A stretch of 64,000 bases of DNA, from assembly GCA_041856175.1 (NCBI GenBank), contig JBHAFM010000152.1, positions 19,460-83,459 of the forward strand, in the 5' to 3' direction. Position numbers and translations under genes: made by a program. The notes under the pieces were generated by a model. The model saw nothing but the letters and a program-made list of their open reading frames with translations. It was not told the DNA's origin and did not search any database. The DNA comes from Sediminibacterium sp. (GTDB lineage: Bacteria > Bacteroidota > Bacteroidia > Chitinophagales > Chitinophagaceae). This document shows positions 38,327-48,311 of this stretch, one piece after another; position 1 is the stretch's first letter; every line of letters starts with the position of its first letter.

Positions 38327-41300
38327 ATGAGTATAATAGACAATATAAAAGGTAAATTCAAAGAATTTGGGCCCACCACCTGGAGTATCAGGAACAAGAC
38401 ATCCATCTATTTAATGATGTTGTTTGTAAGTCTCGCCGGTATCTTCCAGTTCGTTACCCTTCCAAAGGAACAATTTCCGGATATAGTGATCCCTACTATT
38501 TATGTACAAACCATTTATGTAGGCAACTCTCCAAAAGATATTGAGAACTTGGTTACAAGGCCTATTGAAAAACAGATCAAAGGCATTACAGGTGCCAAGA
38601 TCAAAAAATTCACGAGCACTTCACAGCAGGACTACTCTGCCGTGATCGTTGAGTTCGACACTGATGTAAAAACGGACGTCGCACTGCAAAAAGTAAAAGA
38701 TGCTGTAGATAAATCAAAACAGGACCTGCCCAATGATCTCACACAGGAACCCACTGTTCTTGAAGTGAGCTTCAGTGAACAGCCTATCATGTATGTGAAC
38801 CTGAGCGGCGATTATGACCTGCCGCGCCTGAAAAAATATGCAGATGACCTGAAAGATAAACTGGAAGACCTTTCACAGATCACAAGGGTTGATGTGGTAG
38901 GCGCTCCTGAGAGAGAATTCCAGATCAATGTTGATAATTACCGCATGCAAAGCGCCGGGATCACATTCGATGATATCTCAAACGCCGTGCAGCGCGAGAA
39001 CATGGACATATCCGGAGGCTTGCTGGAAGTAGGGAACATGAAACGCAACCTCCAGCTGAAAGGACAGTTGAAGACTGCTCCCGATATTGAAAAGATCATC
39101 GTACGCAACACAAGCGGCGCTCCTATTTACCTGAAAGACATTGCCAGGATTATTGATACCACCAAAGAAAAAGAAAGCTATGCCCGCTTAGACGGTAAGA
39201 ATGTAGTTACACTGAACATCATCAAGCGAAGTGGCGAGAACCTGATCGAAACCAGCGATGGGGTGAAGAAAGTGGTGGAAGATGCAAAAGGCGTTTTATT
39301 TCCGAAAGACCTGAAAGCAGTTATCACAGGCGATATGAGTATTAAGACCAGGGTGTCATTCAATGACCTCGTCAATTCTATCGTGATCGGTTTTATATTG
39401 GTATTGATTGTACTGATGTTCTTTATGGGTGTGGTGAACGCATTCTTCGTAGCGCTCTCTGTACCATTGAGTATGTTCGTTGCATTTGTATTCCTGCCAG
39501 GCGCTGACCTGATCGTAGGTACGCATGTGACGCTCAATTTCATTGTACTCTTTGCCCTGTTGTTCGGCCTGGGTATTATCGTAGATGATGCCATTGTGGT
39601 GATTGAAAACACGCACCGCATTTTCACTGAAGGCAAAGGGAAATTACAGATTACCGCTTCAGCCAGGATGGCAGCCGGTGAAGTATTTATACCGGTACTT
39701 GCCGGTACACTTACCACACTGGCCCCCTTCTTCCCGTTGTTGTTCTGGCCGGGTATCATTGGTAAGTTCATGGTGTACCTGCCTACCATGCTCATTTTTA
39801 CGCTGGCCGCTTCATTGGTGGTAGCTTTTATCATGAACCCTGTTTTTGCAGTGGACTTCATGAATCACCCCGAGGGAGAAGAGAAAGAAGCACCTGGCGC
39901 TATTTTCAAAAAGAAAGGTTTCTGGATCGCTATTGCGATCGGCTTCCTGCTCGACCTTGCCGGTGCACCATTCTGGGGCAACCTGCTCATCTTCTTCATG
40001 CTGCTGATCATACTGAACCGCTTTGTACTGGATAATGCCATTCATTCTTTTCAAAACAAGGCGTTACCCTGGATCATGCGCCGCTATGAGGCTCTCTTAC
40101 GCTGGGCGTTGAAAGGATGGAGGCCTGTACATCTTTTATTAGGAACCATTGCGTTGTTCTTTATATCGTTCATAGTTTTCTCTGCATCGATAGGCTCGGG
40201 AAGGGTACCGGTTACCTTCTTCCCCAAAGGCGATCCTAACCAGATCTATGTATACATTAAATTACCTGTAGGCACCAATGTAGAATATACCGACTCCATC
40301 ACTAAACTACTCGAAAGCCGTGTAAACAAAGTCTTGGGTGTTGACAACGGCAAACAAAATCCGGTGGTGGAAAGTGTGATCAGTAACGTGGCCATCGGTG
40401 CAGGCGACCCTACCAGCGGCGACAGAAGCACACGCAGTGAACTCGGAAGGATACAGGTATCATTTGTGGAGTTTGAGAAGCGTCACGGTGTTGCTACCGG
40501 GCCTTATCTCGACAAGATCAGGGCCGAAATGAAAGGCATACCCGGAGCCGAAATAAGTGTGGCACAGGAAAACAGCGGTCCCCCTACTGATCCGCCGATC
40601 AATATTGAGATCGCCAGTGAAGAGTTTGATGACCTTATCAAAACGGCATCCTCCTTAAAGAACTACCTCGATTCTATCCAGGTACCCGGTGTTGAGGAAC
40701 TGAAAATGGATGTGGATCTCAAGAATCCTGAGATCACGCTTACTGTTGACAGGGAGAGAGCCCTTATAGAAGGCGTTTCCTCAGCGCAGATTGGCATCCA
40801 GATACGCACCGCTCTATTCGGAAAAGAAGTATCCAAGATCAAGGAAGGCAAAGACGAATACAAGATACAGTTGCGCAATACTGAACTGCAACGCAAGAGC
40901 CTGGTTGACCTGTTAAACATGCGGGTATCATTCAGGGATATGGCCAGCGGCGGCGCCGTAAAAAATATTCCGATCAGCGCCCTGGTAAAAGTAGAACCTA
41001 CCAATACACTGGGTAGCGTAAAACGTAAGAACCAGAAACGGCTGATCACACTCCGATCCAATGTACTGACAACAAAAGGATTTAATGCCACTGCTGTTAA
41101 CCAGGTAATAGCTAAACACATTGCTGCCTTCAATAAAAAGCCCGACAATGTTACCATCAAACAAACAGGTGAAGGAGAACAGCAGGCAGAGACAGGAGCA
41201 TTCCTTGGTAAAGCACTGGCCATTGCCCTGGGATTGATCTTACTGGTACTGGTACTGCAGTTCAATAGTGTCAGCAAACCAGTCATCATCTTAACCGAGA

Positions 41301-41926
41301 TCATTTTCAGTGTCATTGGCGTATTCATCGGTTTTGCCATAACAGGGATGGAAGTATCTGTGCTGATGACCGGACTCGGTATCGTTGGACTGGCAGGTAT
41401 TGTAGTGAAGAATGGTATCCTGGTGATAGAATTTGCAGACGAATTGCGTTCAAGAGGCATCAAAACAAGAGAAGCTGTTATACAGGCAGGTAAAACGCGT
41501 ATCATCCCGGTATTGTTAACTGCATTGGCGGCGATCCTTGGTTTCATTCCGATCGCTACTGGTTTCAACATCAACTTTATCACACTGTTCTCAGAACTGA
41601 ACCCGCATATTTTCTTTGGCGGCGATAACGTAGTGTTCTGGAAACCATTAAGCTGGACGATCATCTTTGGCCTTGCCTTTGCATTCTTCATGACACTGTT
41701 CATAGTGCCGAGCATGTACCTGATTGCCGAACGTTTGCGCAGGCCTATGCGCCGGATGTTTGGCGGCAAGTGGATCAGCTTTATGGGCATTCCGCCATTG
41801 ACCATTGTTTTCCTGCTCCTGATGGTGGCCACACTGATCAGGCACAGGATTGACAGAAAAAAGCGGGAAGCCAGGTTAAGAAATAACGCTAAAGTGAACC
41901 AGGCTTTTACCGGCAGCTGGTTCTAA
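38327..41926 (+). CDS. RND efflux transporter permease (AcrB/HAE1-like), long form
   Basis: 1199 aa with AcrB-family architecture. Conserved TM4-like and TM10-like segments are present (GLGIIVDDAIVVIEN, GLAGIVVKNGILVIEF). Confidence 0.93.
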   Translation: MSIIDNIKGKFKEFGPTTWSIRNKTSIYLMMLFVSLAGIFQFVTLPKEQFPDIVIPTIYVQTIYVGNSPKDIENLVTRPIEKQIKGITGAKIKKFTSTSQQDYSAVIVEFDTDVKTDVALQKVKDAVDKSKQDLPNDLTQEPTVLEVSFSEQPIMYVNLSGDYDLPRLKKYADDLKDKLEDLSQITRVDVVGAPEREFQINVDNYRMQSAGITFDDISNAVQRENMDISGGLLEVGNMKRNLQLKGQLKTAPDIEKIIVRNTSGAPIYLKDIARIIDTTKEKESYARLDGKNVVTLNIIKRSGENLIETSDGVKKVVEDAKGVLFPKDLKAVITGDMSIKTRVSFNDLVNSIVIGFILVLIVLMFFMGVVNAFFVALSVPLSMFVAFVFLPGADLIVGTHVTLNFIVLFALLFGLGIIVDDAIVVIENTHRIFTEGKGKLQITASARMAAGEVFIPVLAGTLTTLAPFFPLLFWPGIIGKFMVYLPTMLIFTLAASLVVAFIMNPVFAVDFMNHPEGEEKEAPGAIFKKKGFWIAIAIGFLLDLAGAPFWGNLLIFFMLLIILNRFVLDNAIHSFQNKALPWIMRRYEALLRWALKGWRPVHLLLGTIALFFISFIVFSASIGSGRVPVTFFPKGDPNQIYVYIKLPVGTNVEYTDSITKLLESRVNKVLGVDNGKQNPVVESVISNVAIGAGDPTSGDRSTRSELGRIQVSFVEFEKRHGVATGPYLDKIRAEMKGIPGAEISVAQENSGPPTDPPINIEIASEEFDDLIKTASSLKNYLDSIQVPGVEELKMDVDLKNPEITLTVDRERALIEGVSSAQIGIQIRTALFGKEVSKIKEGKDEYKIQLRNTELQRKSLVDLLNMRVSFRDMASGGAVKNIPISALVKVEPTNTLGSVKRKNQKRLITLRSNVLTTKGFNATAVNQVIAKHIAAFNKKPDNVTIKQTGEGEQQAETGAFLGKALAIALGLILLVLVLQFNSVSKPVIILTEIIFSVIGVFIGFAITGMEVSVLMTGLGIVGLAGIVVKNGILVIEFADELRSRGIKTREAVIQAGKTRIIPVLLTALAAILGFIPIATGFNINFITLFSELNPHIFFGGDNVVFWKPLSWTIIFGLAFAFFMTLFIVPSMYLIAERLRRPMRRMFGGKWISFMGIPPLTIVFLLLMVATLIRHRIDRKKREARLRNNAKVNQAFTGSWF

Positions 41927-41950
41927 ATTAGGTTTTGGGTTAATAATCGG

Positions 41951-41991
41951 GCCGCCAAGATTTGTGTCATCATAAATCTGGCGGCTTTTTT
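41951..41991 (+). terminator. Intrinsic terminator after the RND gene
   Basis: The stem GCCGCCAAGATTT / AAATCTGGCGGC has one bulge and is followed by TTTTTT. Confidence 0.75.
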
Positions 41992-42012
41992 ATGCTGTTA
42001 GTGAGTAACTGT

Positions 42013-43164
42013 TCAGTGCAGGTTTACCAATTGTTTAACCGCCTTTCCCAGGGTCTCTTCCCTTTTTGCGAAGCAAAAGCGAAGTACTTTATCATCTTTG
42101 CCATTTTTATAAAAAGCTGATACCGGAATAGTAGCAATGCCATATTCCTTTGTGAGCCTGATGGCAAAATCGGTATCTTTCTCCTGACTAAAATGCCCAT
42201 AGCTGTAACACTCGAAATAACTGCCGTGTGATGGAATGCATTGAAATGGCGTGGCTTTCATCAATTGACGAAAATAATCTCTTTTCTGCTGGATAAATGT
42301 TCCAAGTGTCTGATACGCTTCTTCATTTTGCAGGTACCTGGCCAATGCCACCTGTTTGGGCATATCGCAGCTAAAACAATTGAACTGATGTACTTTCCTG
42401 AACTCCTTCATCAAAGCAGGAGAAGCGATACAATACCCCAGTTTCCACCCTGTGCAGTGGTAAGTCTTCCCAAAAGAAAAGCAAACAAAACTTCTTTCCA
42501 GCAGATCAGGGTAACGTAAAATGCTTTGATGGGCAATACCATCAAAGATGAGGTGTTCATACACTTCATCGCTCAGGATAATAATGCCGGTTCCTGCAAC
42601 AATATCTTGCAGCTGCCACATATCGGCTTCGCTTAACACACTTCCGGTGGGATTATGCGGGGAGTTGATCATGATCATCCTGGTGCGGCTGTTTACTTTC
42701 GACCTCACTTCATCCCACGGAATGGAATAAGCGGGATATTGCAATGAAACCAATACCGGCTTTGCGCCATTGATCTCTATATTGGGTATATAACTATCAT
42801 AAGCCGGTTCAAAAACAATCACTTCATCACCGGGTCGCAATACCGTGGTCAATGCGGTATAAATAGCATAAGTACCACCGGGCGTAATAGTAACCTGTGC
42901 ACCAGGGTCTACGTTTGCCCCATACAATTTTGTAGCTTTCTCAGCCAGTCCTTCGCACAGCAAAGGAAATCCGCTCATAGGCGCATACTGGTTATATCCA
43001 TGATGCATGGCCGCAGCCACTAAGGAAGTCAGTTCTTCGCTCATGGCGAAATCTGGAAACCCCTGGCCAAGGTTCACAGCGCCCTGTTCAACTGCGAGCT
43101 GGCTCATGACAGTGAAGATCGTTGTTCCTACATCGGGCAGCTTTGATTGAAGGTTGGGTTGCAC
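42013..43164 (-). CDS. Class I/II PLP aminotransferase (YbdL/methionine-aminotransferase-like)
   Basis: 383 aa with NLGQGFPDF and the lysine context FSFGKTY. Confidence 0.85.
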   Translation of the reverse strand: MQPNLQSKLPDVGTTIFTVMSQLAVEQGAVNLGQGFPDFAMSEELTSLVAAAMHHGYNQYAPMSGFPLLCEGLAEKATKLYGANVDPGAQVTITPGGTYAIYTALTTVLRPGDEVIVFEPAYDSYIPNIEINGAKPVLVSLQYPAYSIPWDEVRSKVNSRTRMIMINSPHNPTGSVLSEADMWQLQDIVAGTGIIILSDEVYEHLIFDGIAHQSILRYPDLLERSFVCFSFGKTYHCTGWKLGYCIASPALMKEFRKVHQFNCFSCDMPKQVALARYLQNEEAYQTLGTFIQQKRDYFRQLMKATPFQCIPSHGSYFECYSYGHFSQEKDTDFAIRLTKEYGIATIPVSAFYKNGKDDKVLRFCFAKREETLGKAVKQLVNLH

Positions 43165-43185
43165 ATGTTTTCTTTTAGGATGACA

Positions 43186-44484
43186 TCAGGGAGCTAACTG
43201 ATTAGCCAAACGTTTCAATTCCACTTCAGCTATTTTGGCTGAATAGTTAAGATTTACCAGCCGGAAGCCCGCATTCTCAAAACTTTGCTGTGCCTGCTTT
43301 ACGTCAATAATTGTTGCCTGTCCTAATTGAAAACGTTGTAAAACAAGGTCCAGCAACTGTTTTGAAAGCAGGTAATTTTCCTGCTCTGTCTGCAATTGCT
43401 GCAAGGCATTACTGTATGACTGGAAAGTACGTACTGCCCCGGTTTCCAGGCCCAGCACTAAGTTGTCTTTCTGTATCCTGGCATTGCGGGTATTGATAGC
43501 GGCTGCCTGCTCCTGTCGCCTTGTAGCGTTCCCGTTGTAAATAGGGATGGACAGGTTCAGCCCGGCAAAGGGGCCATAACTCTGGTTCAGCAGGCTGAAT
43601 CCTGCTGCACTCTTATTACTGCTGAAATTATACCCTGTACTGGCACGCAGGCTCGGGTAGCGTAATGCTGTTGTTTCTTTCTCCAGGAATTCGCTGATGT
43701 GCACCTGTTGCCCGGCCGATACTATTTGCGGATTATTTTTCAGTACTTCACGAATACCTTCTAACCTGATCGTTTTATCAACCACTATGGTGTCAGTAAT
43801 GCTGATCGTTGAATCCGGGCTTACAAAAAGCAGGTTCAGCAGGTCTGTTTTTCCCTGGTCGATGATCAATTGCTGGCTCAGCTTTGACTGGATCAATGCA
43901 TTCATATCCAATTGGGCCTGGTAGATATCAGCATTGTTGGACATACCCGCTTCCTTACGTGTTTGCAGGATGTCCAGTTTTTGTTTGGAAACAGCAATTG
44001 ATTGTATGATTGTTTGCAGGAAACTCTGCTGGCGCACTATATCGTAATATTTGGCAGCAACAGCGGCGATGGTGTTTTGTATCCGGATATTAACCAGTTG
44101 CAGGTTCTGTTGCTGCAGTTCCGCCAATCTTTTCCTGGTGGTCATTACACGATAACCGTTGAACAAAAGTATACTGCCCGTAACGCCGGCCGTAAGGTTA
44201 TTGGACTCTACATTGCTGCGTTTTGTATCGCGGTTGGCGTCGGCAAATTTCTGGTTGATGGTGGTAATTTGTTCATTGTCGTTAGCTGTAGCCGTTACAA
44301 GGGGCAGTGCGCCGGCAACACCGGCATCATTGTTAATGGCACTGATCTCCAGGTTGTTCTTGGCCAGCTGGATATCGTAGCTGTTCTTCAATGCGATATT
44401 GACTGCATCGGCTAAAGACAGTCTTTGCTGGGTATGCCCGGCTATTGCAGCGGCGCATAAGAGGGCTAACAATAATTTTTTCAT
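43186..44484 (-). CDS. TolC-family outer membrane protein (orphan)
   Basis: The signal peptide is MKKLLLALLCAAAIAGHT, followed by two OEP repeats. There are no adjacent pump components. Confidence 0.8.
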   Translation of the reverse strand: MKKLLLALLCAAAIAGHTQQRLSLADAVNIALKNSYDIQLAKNNLEISAINNDAGVAGALPLVTATANDNEQITTINQKFADANRDTKRSNVESNNLTAGVTGSILLFNGYRVMTTRKRLAELQQQNLQLVNIRIQNTIAAVAAKYYDIVRQQSFLQTIIQSIAVSKQKLDILQTRKEAGMSNNADIYQAQLDMNALIQSKLSQQLIIDQGKTDLLNLLFVSPDSTISITDTIVVDKTIRLEGIREVLKNNPQIVSAGQQVHISEFLEKETTALRYPSLRASTGYNFSSNKSAAGFSLLNQSYGPFAGLNLSIPIYNGNATRRQEQAAAINTRNARIQKDNLVLGLETGAVRTFQSYSNALQQLQTEQENYLLSKQLLDLVLQRFQLGQATIIDVKQAQQSFENAGFRLVNLNYSAKIAEVELKRLANQLAP

Positions 44485-44544
44485 GCGGTGTGAAATTACC
44501 AACCCCGGTATAAGAACCTGAAAATATTACACCAGCGGATGAGA

Positions 44545-45261
44545 TCAGCTCACCAGTGTTCCTACATTCATCCCTTCCACTACTTTCATCAGGTTTCCGG
44601 GCTTATTCATATCAAATACGATGATGGGAAGTTTGTTTTCCATGCAGAGGGTAAACGCTGTCATATCCATTACTTTCAGGTTTTTGTTGATGCATTCCTG
44701 GAAGCTGATCTTGTCGAATTTGGTTGCCGATGCATCTTTTTCCGGATCGGCAGTGTATACGCCATCAACCCTTGTTCCTTTCAGTATCACATCTGCCTTC
44801 ATCTCAATGGCGCGTAATGAACCTGCTGTGTCTGTTGTAAAATAAGGATTACCTGTCCCTGCTCCAAAGATTACTACCCTGCCCTTTTCAAGATGGCGCA
44901 GGGCTTTGCGCCTGATATAGGGCTCTGCCACCTGTTCCATATTAATGGCGCTTTGCAAACGGGTATAGACCCCTATTTTTTCCAGCATGGCCTGCATGGC
45001 CATCGCATTAATCACTGTAGCGAGCATTCCCATATAATCACCGTGTGCTCTTTCAATACCGCTGTCAGTTTCATTCATGCCCCTGTATATATTGCCTCCG
45101 CCAATAACAATAGCCACCTGAACACCCAGGTCTGTTACTAATTTAATGTCATGGGCATATTGCTCAATAATCTTGGGATTGAACGGGTCGCCATTCGGTT
45201 GATCGCCTAATAGGGCTTCACCCGATAGTTTGAGCAGTATGCGCTTGAATTTGGGGAGCAT
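44545..45261 (-). CDS. pyrH: UMP kinase
   Basis: [13 protein letters not shown] and [10 protein letters not shown]. Confidence 0.95.
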   Translation of the reverse strand: MLPKFKRILLKLSGEALLGDQPNGDPFNPKIIEQYAHDIKLVTDLGVQVAIVIGGGNIYRGMNETDSGIERAHGDYMGMLATVINAMAMQAMLEKIGVYTRLQSAINMEQVAEPYIRRKALRHLEKGRVVIFGAGTGNPYFTTDTAGSLRAIEMKADVILKGTRVDGVYTADPEKDASATKFDKISFQECINKNLKVMDMTAFTLCMENKLPIIVFDMNKPGNLMKVVEGMNVGTLVS

Positions 45262-45312
45262 GAGGAGGTTATTGATTTGACTGCAAATAACCTGAATTTT
45301 TGATGAGCAGCC

Positions 45313-45342
45313 AAAAAAAGGGAGTGCAGATGATGCACTCCC
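45313..45342 (-). terminator. Intrinsic terminator after tsf
   Basis: On the minus strand, GGGAGTGCA-TCATC-TGCACTCCC is followed by TTTTTTT. Confidence 0.8.
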
Positions 45343-45369
45343 TTTATTGATTCGTTTTCCATTATAAAA

Positions 45370-46209
45370 TTATCCCAGGGCGACACGCTTAAACTCAGTC
45401 ACTTTCAGGTCAGCGCCCACACTCTTCAGGTAATCTCCCACGCTCTTACTGCCGTCTTTTACGAAAGCCTGTGCCAGCAATGTCTGTTCTTTGAAGAAAG
45501 CATTCAGTTTGCCTTCAGCTATTTTAGCAATCATTTCATCGGGTTTGCCAGCCATCTTTGGATCTTCTTTCATGGTATCGATGATGATACCTCTTTCCCT
45601 TGTCACTGTTTCAGCAGGCACTGAATCAGCGTCAACTGCCACAGGATTCATAGCAGCGATCTGCATGGCAATGTCTTTACCGGCTTCAGTAGCTTCACTG
45701 TTTAAACCAACCAATACACCCATGCGGAATGCACCGTGGATATAAGAAGCAACATAAGGAGCTTCGAGCCTTTCAAATTTGGCAATACCGATCTTTTCAC
45801 CAATGGCAGCCAGTTTATCATTGATCAGGTCAGCAACTTTGGCGCCGTTGACTACTACTTCATTCAGTTCATCTGCACTCTTTACATTGTTAGCTACGGC
45901 AGCATCTGCAATACTTTGTGCAAATGCAACGAAGTCGGCATTTTTAGAAACGAAATCAGTTTCGCAACTGATGCATACCACAAATCCGGTCTTGTTATCT
46001 GCAGCCGTTTTCGCAATAATCACACCTTCTTTCGCTTCACGGTCGCTGCGCTTGGCCGCAACTTTCTGGCCTTGTTTGCGTAACCAGTCGATAGCAGCTT
46101 CAAAATCACCATTGGTTTCAGTCAAAGCTTTACGACAATCCATCATACCTGCGCCGGTAGCCTGGCGGAGTTTGTTGATATCTGCGGCTGTAATTGTTAC
46201 AGTACTCAT
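45370..46209 (-). CDS. tsf: Elongation factor Ts
   Basis: The start context is LRQATGAGMMDCRKAL, a UBA-like N-terminus. Confidence 0.95.
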   Translation of the reverse strand: MSTVTITAADINKLRQATGAGMMDCRKALTETNGDFEAAIDWLRKQGQKVAAKRSDREAKEGVIIAKTAADNKTGFVVCISCETDFVSKNADFVAFAQSIADAAVANNVKSADELNEVVVNGAKVADLINDKLAAIGEKIGIAKFERLEAPYVASYIHGAFRMGVLVGLNSEATEAGKDIAMQIAAMNPVAVDADSVPAETVTRERGIIIDTMKEDPKMAGKPDEMIAKIAEGKLNAFFKEQTLLAQAFVKDGSKSVGDYLKSVGADLKVTEFKRVALG

Positions 46210-46414
46210 ATTATTTTGAGATTTTGAAATGTTGAAATGTTGAAATTTGTCAGCAAAACTAATTGCTGCGGATATTCATCAATATTACTGTTTGATGAAA
46301 TCCGTTGTAGTTTTTATTACTGCAAAGTATAGCGAAAGTGATAAATGAATTGGGTCATTATGCCATTACCCATAAGACAATGACGTAATGACCCAATGGA
46401 TATGTTATATAAGA

Positions 46415-47305
46415 TTATCTGCTTCCACCACCACCGGCAGGGCGACGGTTGCCTGGCACGCGACGCTTGGGCTGACCCTGGCCAGCTTCTGTGCTACCGC
46501 CACGCTGTCTGCCGCCACGGCCACCTTCGGATTGCGCTTCGGCTTCGAGGCGGCGTGCTTTGGCTTCATTTTCATTGCTACCCTCATCTGATTCTTCTTC
46601 ATCTTTAGAAGCCTGGCGCTCGGCCAAACCTTCTGCAATAGCAGCAACAATATAGTTAGCAATGATGGCAATTGACTTGGTTGCGTCATCGTTGGAAGGA
46701 ATTGCAAAGTCAACTTTGTTAGGATCGCAATTGGTATCTACCATACCAAATGTAGTGATGCCTAAACGTTTTGCTTCAGCCAGTGCAATGTGCTCATGTC
46801 CGATATCCACTAAGAATAAAGCGGCAGGCAAACGGCCCAGCTGGGCAATACCACCTAATACTTTTTCCATTTTGTCTTTATCGCGGCTCAGTGTCAGGCG
46901 CTCTTTCTTGGTCAGGCTTTCAGCACTGCCGTCTGCCAGCATTTTTTCAATGCTCTGCATTTTTTTAACGCTCTTACGAACAGTGTTGAAGTTGGTTAAC
47001 ATACCACCCAACCAGCGCTCTGTAGCAAAAGGCATGTTTACACGCTTGGCGCATTCGCTCACGATCTCTTTCGCCTGCTTTTTAGTAGCTACGAACATGA
47101 TCTTCTTACCGCTCTTGGCAATTTGCTTAACAGCAGCAGCAGCTTCCTGCAGGTGGTCTACGGTTTTATTCAGGTCGATGATGTGGATGCCTTTCTTCTC
47201 TGCAAAGATGTAAGGCAACATTTTGGGATTCCACTTCTTTTTCAGGTGACCAAAGTGTACGCCGGCCTCCAGGAGTTGTTGTTGTAATGAAGTGTTATTT
47301 TCCAT
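46415..47305 (-). CDS. rpsB: 30S ribosomal protein S2 with an acidic then Arg/Gly-rich C-terminal tail
   Basis: LLEAGVHFGH and related conserved segments. The tail beyond the S2 core is about 50 aa. Confidence 0.95.
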   Translation of the reverse strand: MENNTSLQQQLLEAGVHFGHLKKKWNPKMLPYIFAEKKGIHIIDLNKTVDHLQEAAAAVKQIAKSGKKIMFVATKKQAKEIVSECAKRVNMPFATERWLGGMLTNFNTVRKSVKKMQSIEKMLADGSAESLTKKERLTLSRDKDKMEKVLGGIAQLGRLPAALFLVDIGHEHIALAEAKRLGITTFGMVDTNCDPNKVDFAIPSNDDATKSIAIIANYIVAAIAEGLAERQASKDEEESDEGSNENEAKARRLEAEAQSEGGRGGRQRGGSTEAGQGQPKRRVPGNRRPAGGGGSR

Positions 47306-47441
47306 CTTGGTATTTTGTTATAATGATATGAAAATTGTTTGTTGTCTGTTGTCTGCAGTTTGTGGTTGTTATCAGTCAGGTAGTTTGGTGTTATTTATCC
47401 TAACAACAAACCACGAACAACAAACTACAAACCCGCCAGTA

Positions 47442-47831
47442 TTAACGCTTGCTGAACTGGAAGCTCCTACGCGCTTTCTTATGACCAAATTTCTTACGTT
47501 CAACACCACGTGGGTCGCGTTTCAGCTGACCAGCAGCCTTCAATGAAGGGCGGAACTCAGCATTCACTTCGAGCAATGCCCGGGCAATACCTAATTTGGC
47601 AGCCTCAGCCTGGCCCTTTAAACCCCCGCCTGTAGCATTGATCACCACATCAAATTTGCCAACAACATCGGCTGTTTTCAACGGGGCCTCAACCTGGTTC
47701 TGTAAATAAACCAATGGGAAATATTCTTTGTAGTCTTTGTCGTTTACAGTGATCTTACCATCGCCCTTGCTGATGAATACACGGGTAACGGCTTCTTTAC
47801 GGCGACCAACTGCGTTTTTTTGTTTTTCCAT
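47442..47831 (-). CDS. rpsI: 30S ribosomal protein S9
   Basis: The C-terminus KKFGHKKARRSFQFSKR is typical of S9. Confidence 0.95.
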   Translation of the reverse strand: MEKQKNAVGRRKEAVTRVFISKGDGKITVNDKDYKEYFPLVYLQNQVEAPLKTADVVGKFDVVINATGGGLKGQAEAAKLGIARALLEVNAEFRPSLKAAGQLKRDPRGVERKKFGHKKARRSFQFSKR

Positions 47832-47867
47832 TTATGTTGGAATTAAAGCGTTTTTTGAATGTAGTTG

Positions 47868-48311
47868 TTAGAATTTAAATGCTTTAGGCTGTTGTGCACT
47901 GTGCGGATGATTGGCGCCTGCATACACAAACAATTTCTTGATCATTTTACGGCCCAGGCGATTCTTAGGCAACATGCCTTTTACCGCTCTTTCCATAATC
48001 ACTTCGGGACGGCGTTTGATCAGGTCCTGTGCAGCTTCCTCTTTTTTACCACCAGGGTAGCCAGAGTAGTTGATGTATTGCTTGTCTTCGAACTTGTTAC
48101 CTGTGAAGACAACTTTTTCTGCATTGATTACAATTACATAATCGCCACAGTCAACGTGAGGCGTGTAATAAGCTTTGTTCTTACCACGAAGAACAGCAGC
48201 GATCTTTGATGCAATACGACCTACGGTTTGATTAGTACCGTCAACCACATACCAGTTGTGCTGTACGGTAGCCTCGTTCGCATGCTTGGTGGTGAAATGA
48301 AGTTTACTCAT
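47868..48311 (-). CDS. rplM: 50S ribosomal protein L13
   Basis: [16 protein letters not shown] and full-length L13 resemblance. Confidence 0.95.
   Translation of the reverse strand: MSKLHFTTKHANEATVQHNWYVVDGTNQTVGRIASKIAAVLRGKNKAYYTPHVDCGDYVIVINAEKVVFTGNKFEDKQYINYSGYPGGKKEEAAQDLIKRRPEVIMERAVKGMLPKNRLGRKMIKKLFVYAGANHPHSAQQPKAFKF

Noticed and set aside
40663-41832. A 389-aa ORF on the minus strand inside the RND permease gene. A 227-aa ORF at 39178..39861 is similar.
   Set aside because: Both lie antisense to a full-length, strongly supported AcrB-family gene. Their translations are low-complexity (Ser/Thr/Ile/Asn-rich) with no recognisable motif. They are typical shadow ORFs caused by the codon bias of the sense gene.
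46388-46713. Several overlapping 60-100-aa ORFs on both strands at the rpsB 3' end. A similar cluster sits at 52988..53416 on the DUF4290 tail.
   Set aside because: They arise from GGN/CGN/AAC-type low-complexity coding repeats that stay open in many frames. The S2 and DUF4290 frames are the ones continuous with conserved domains.
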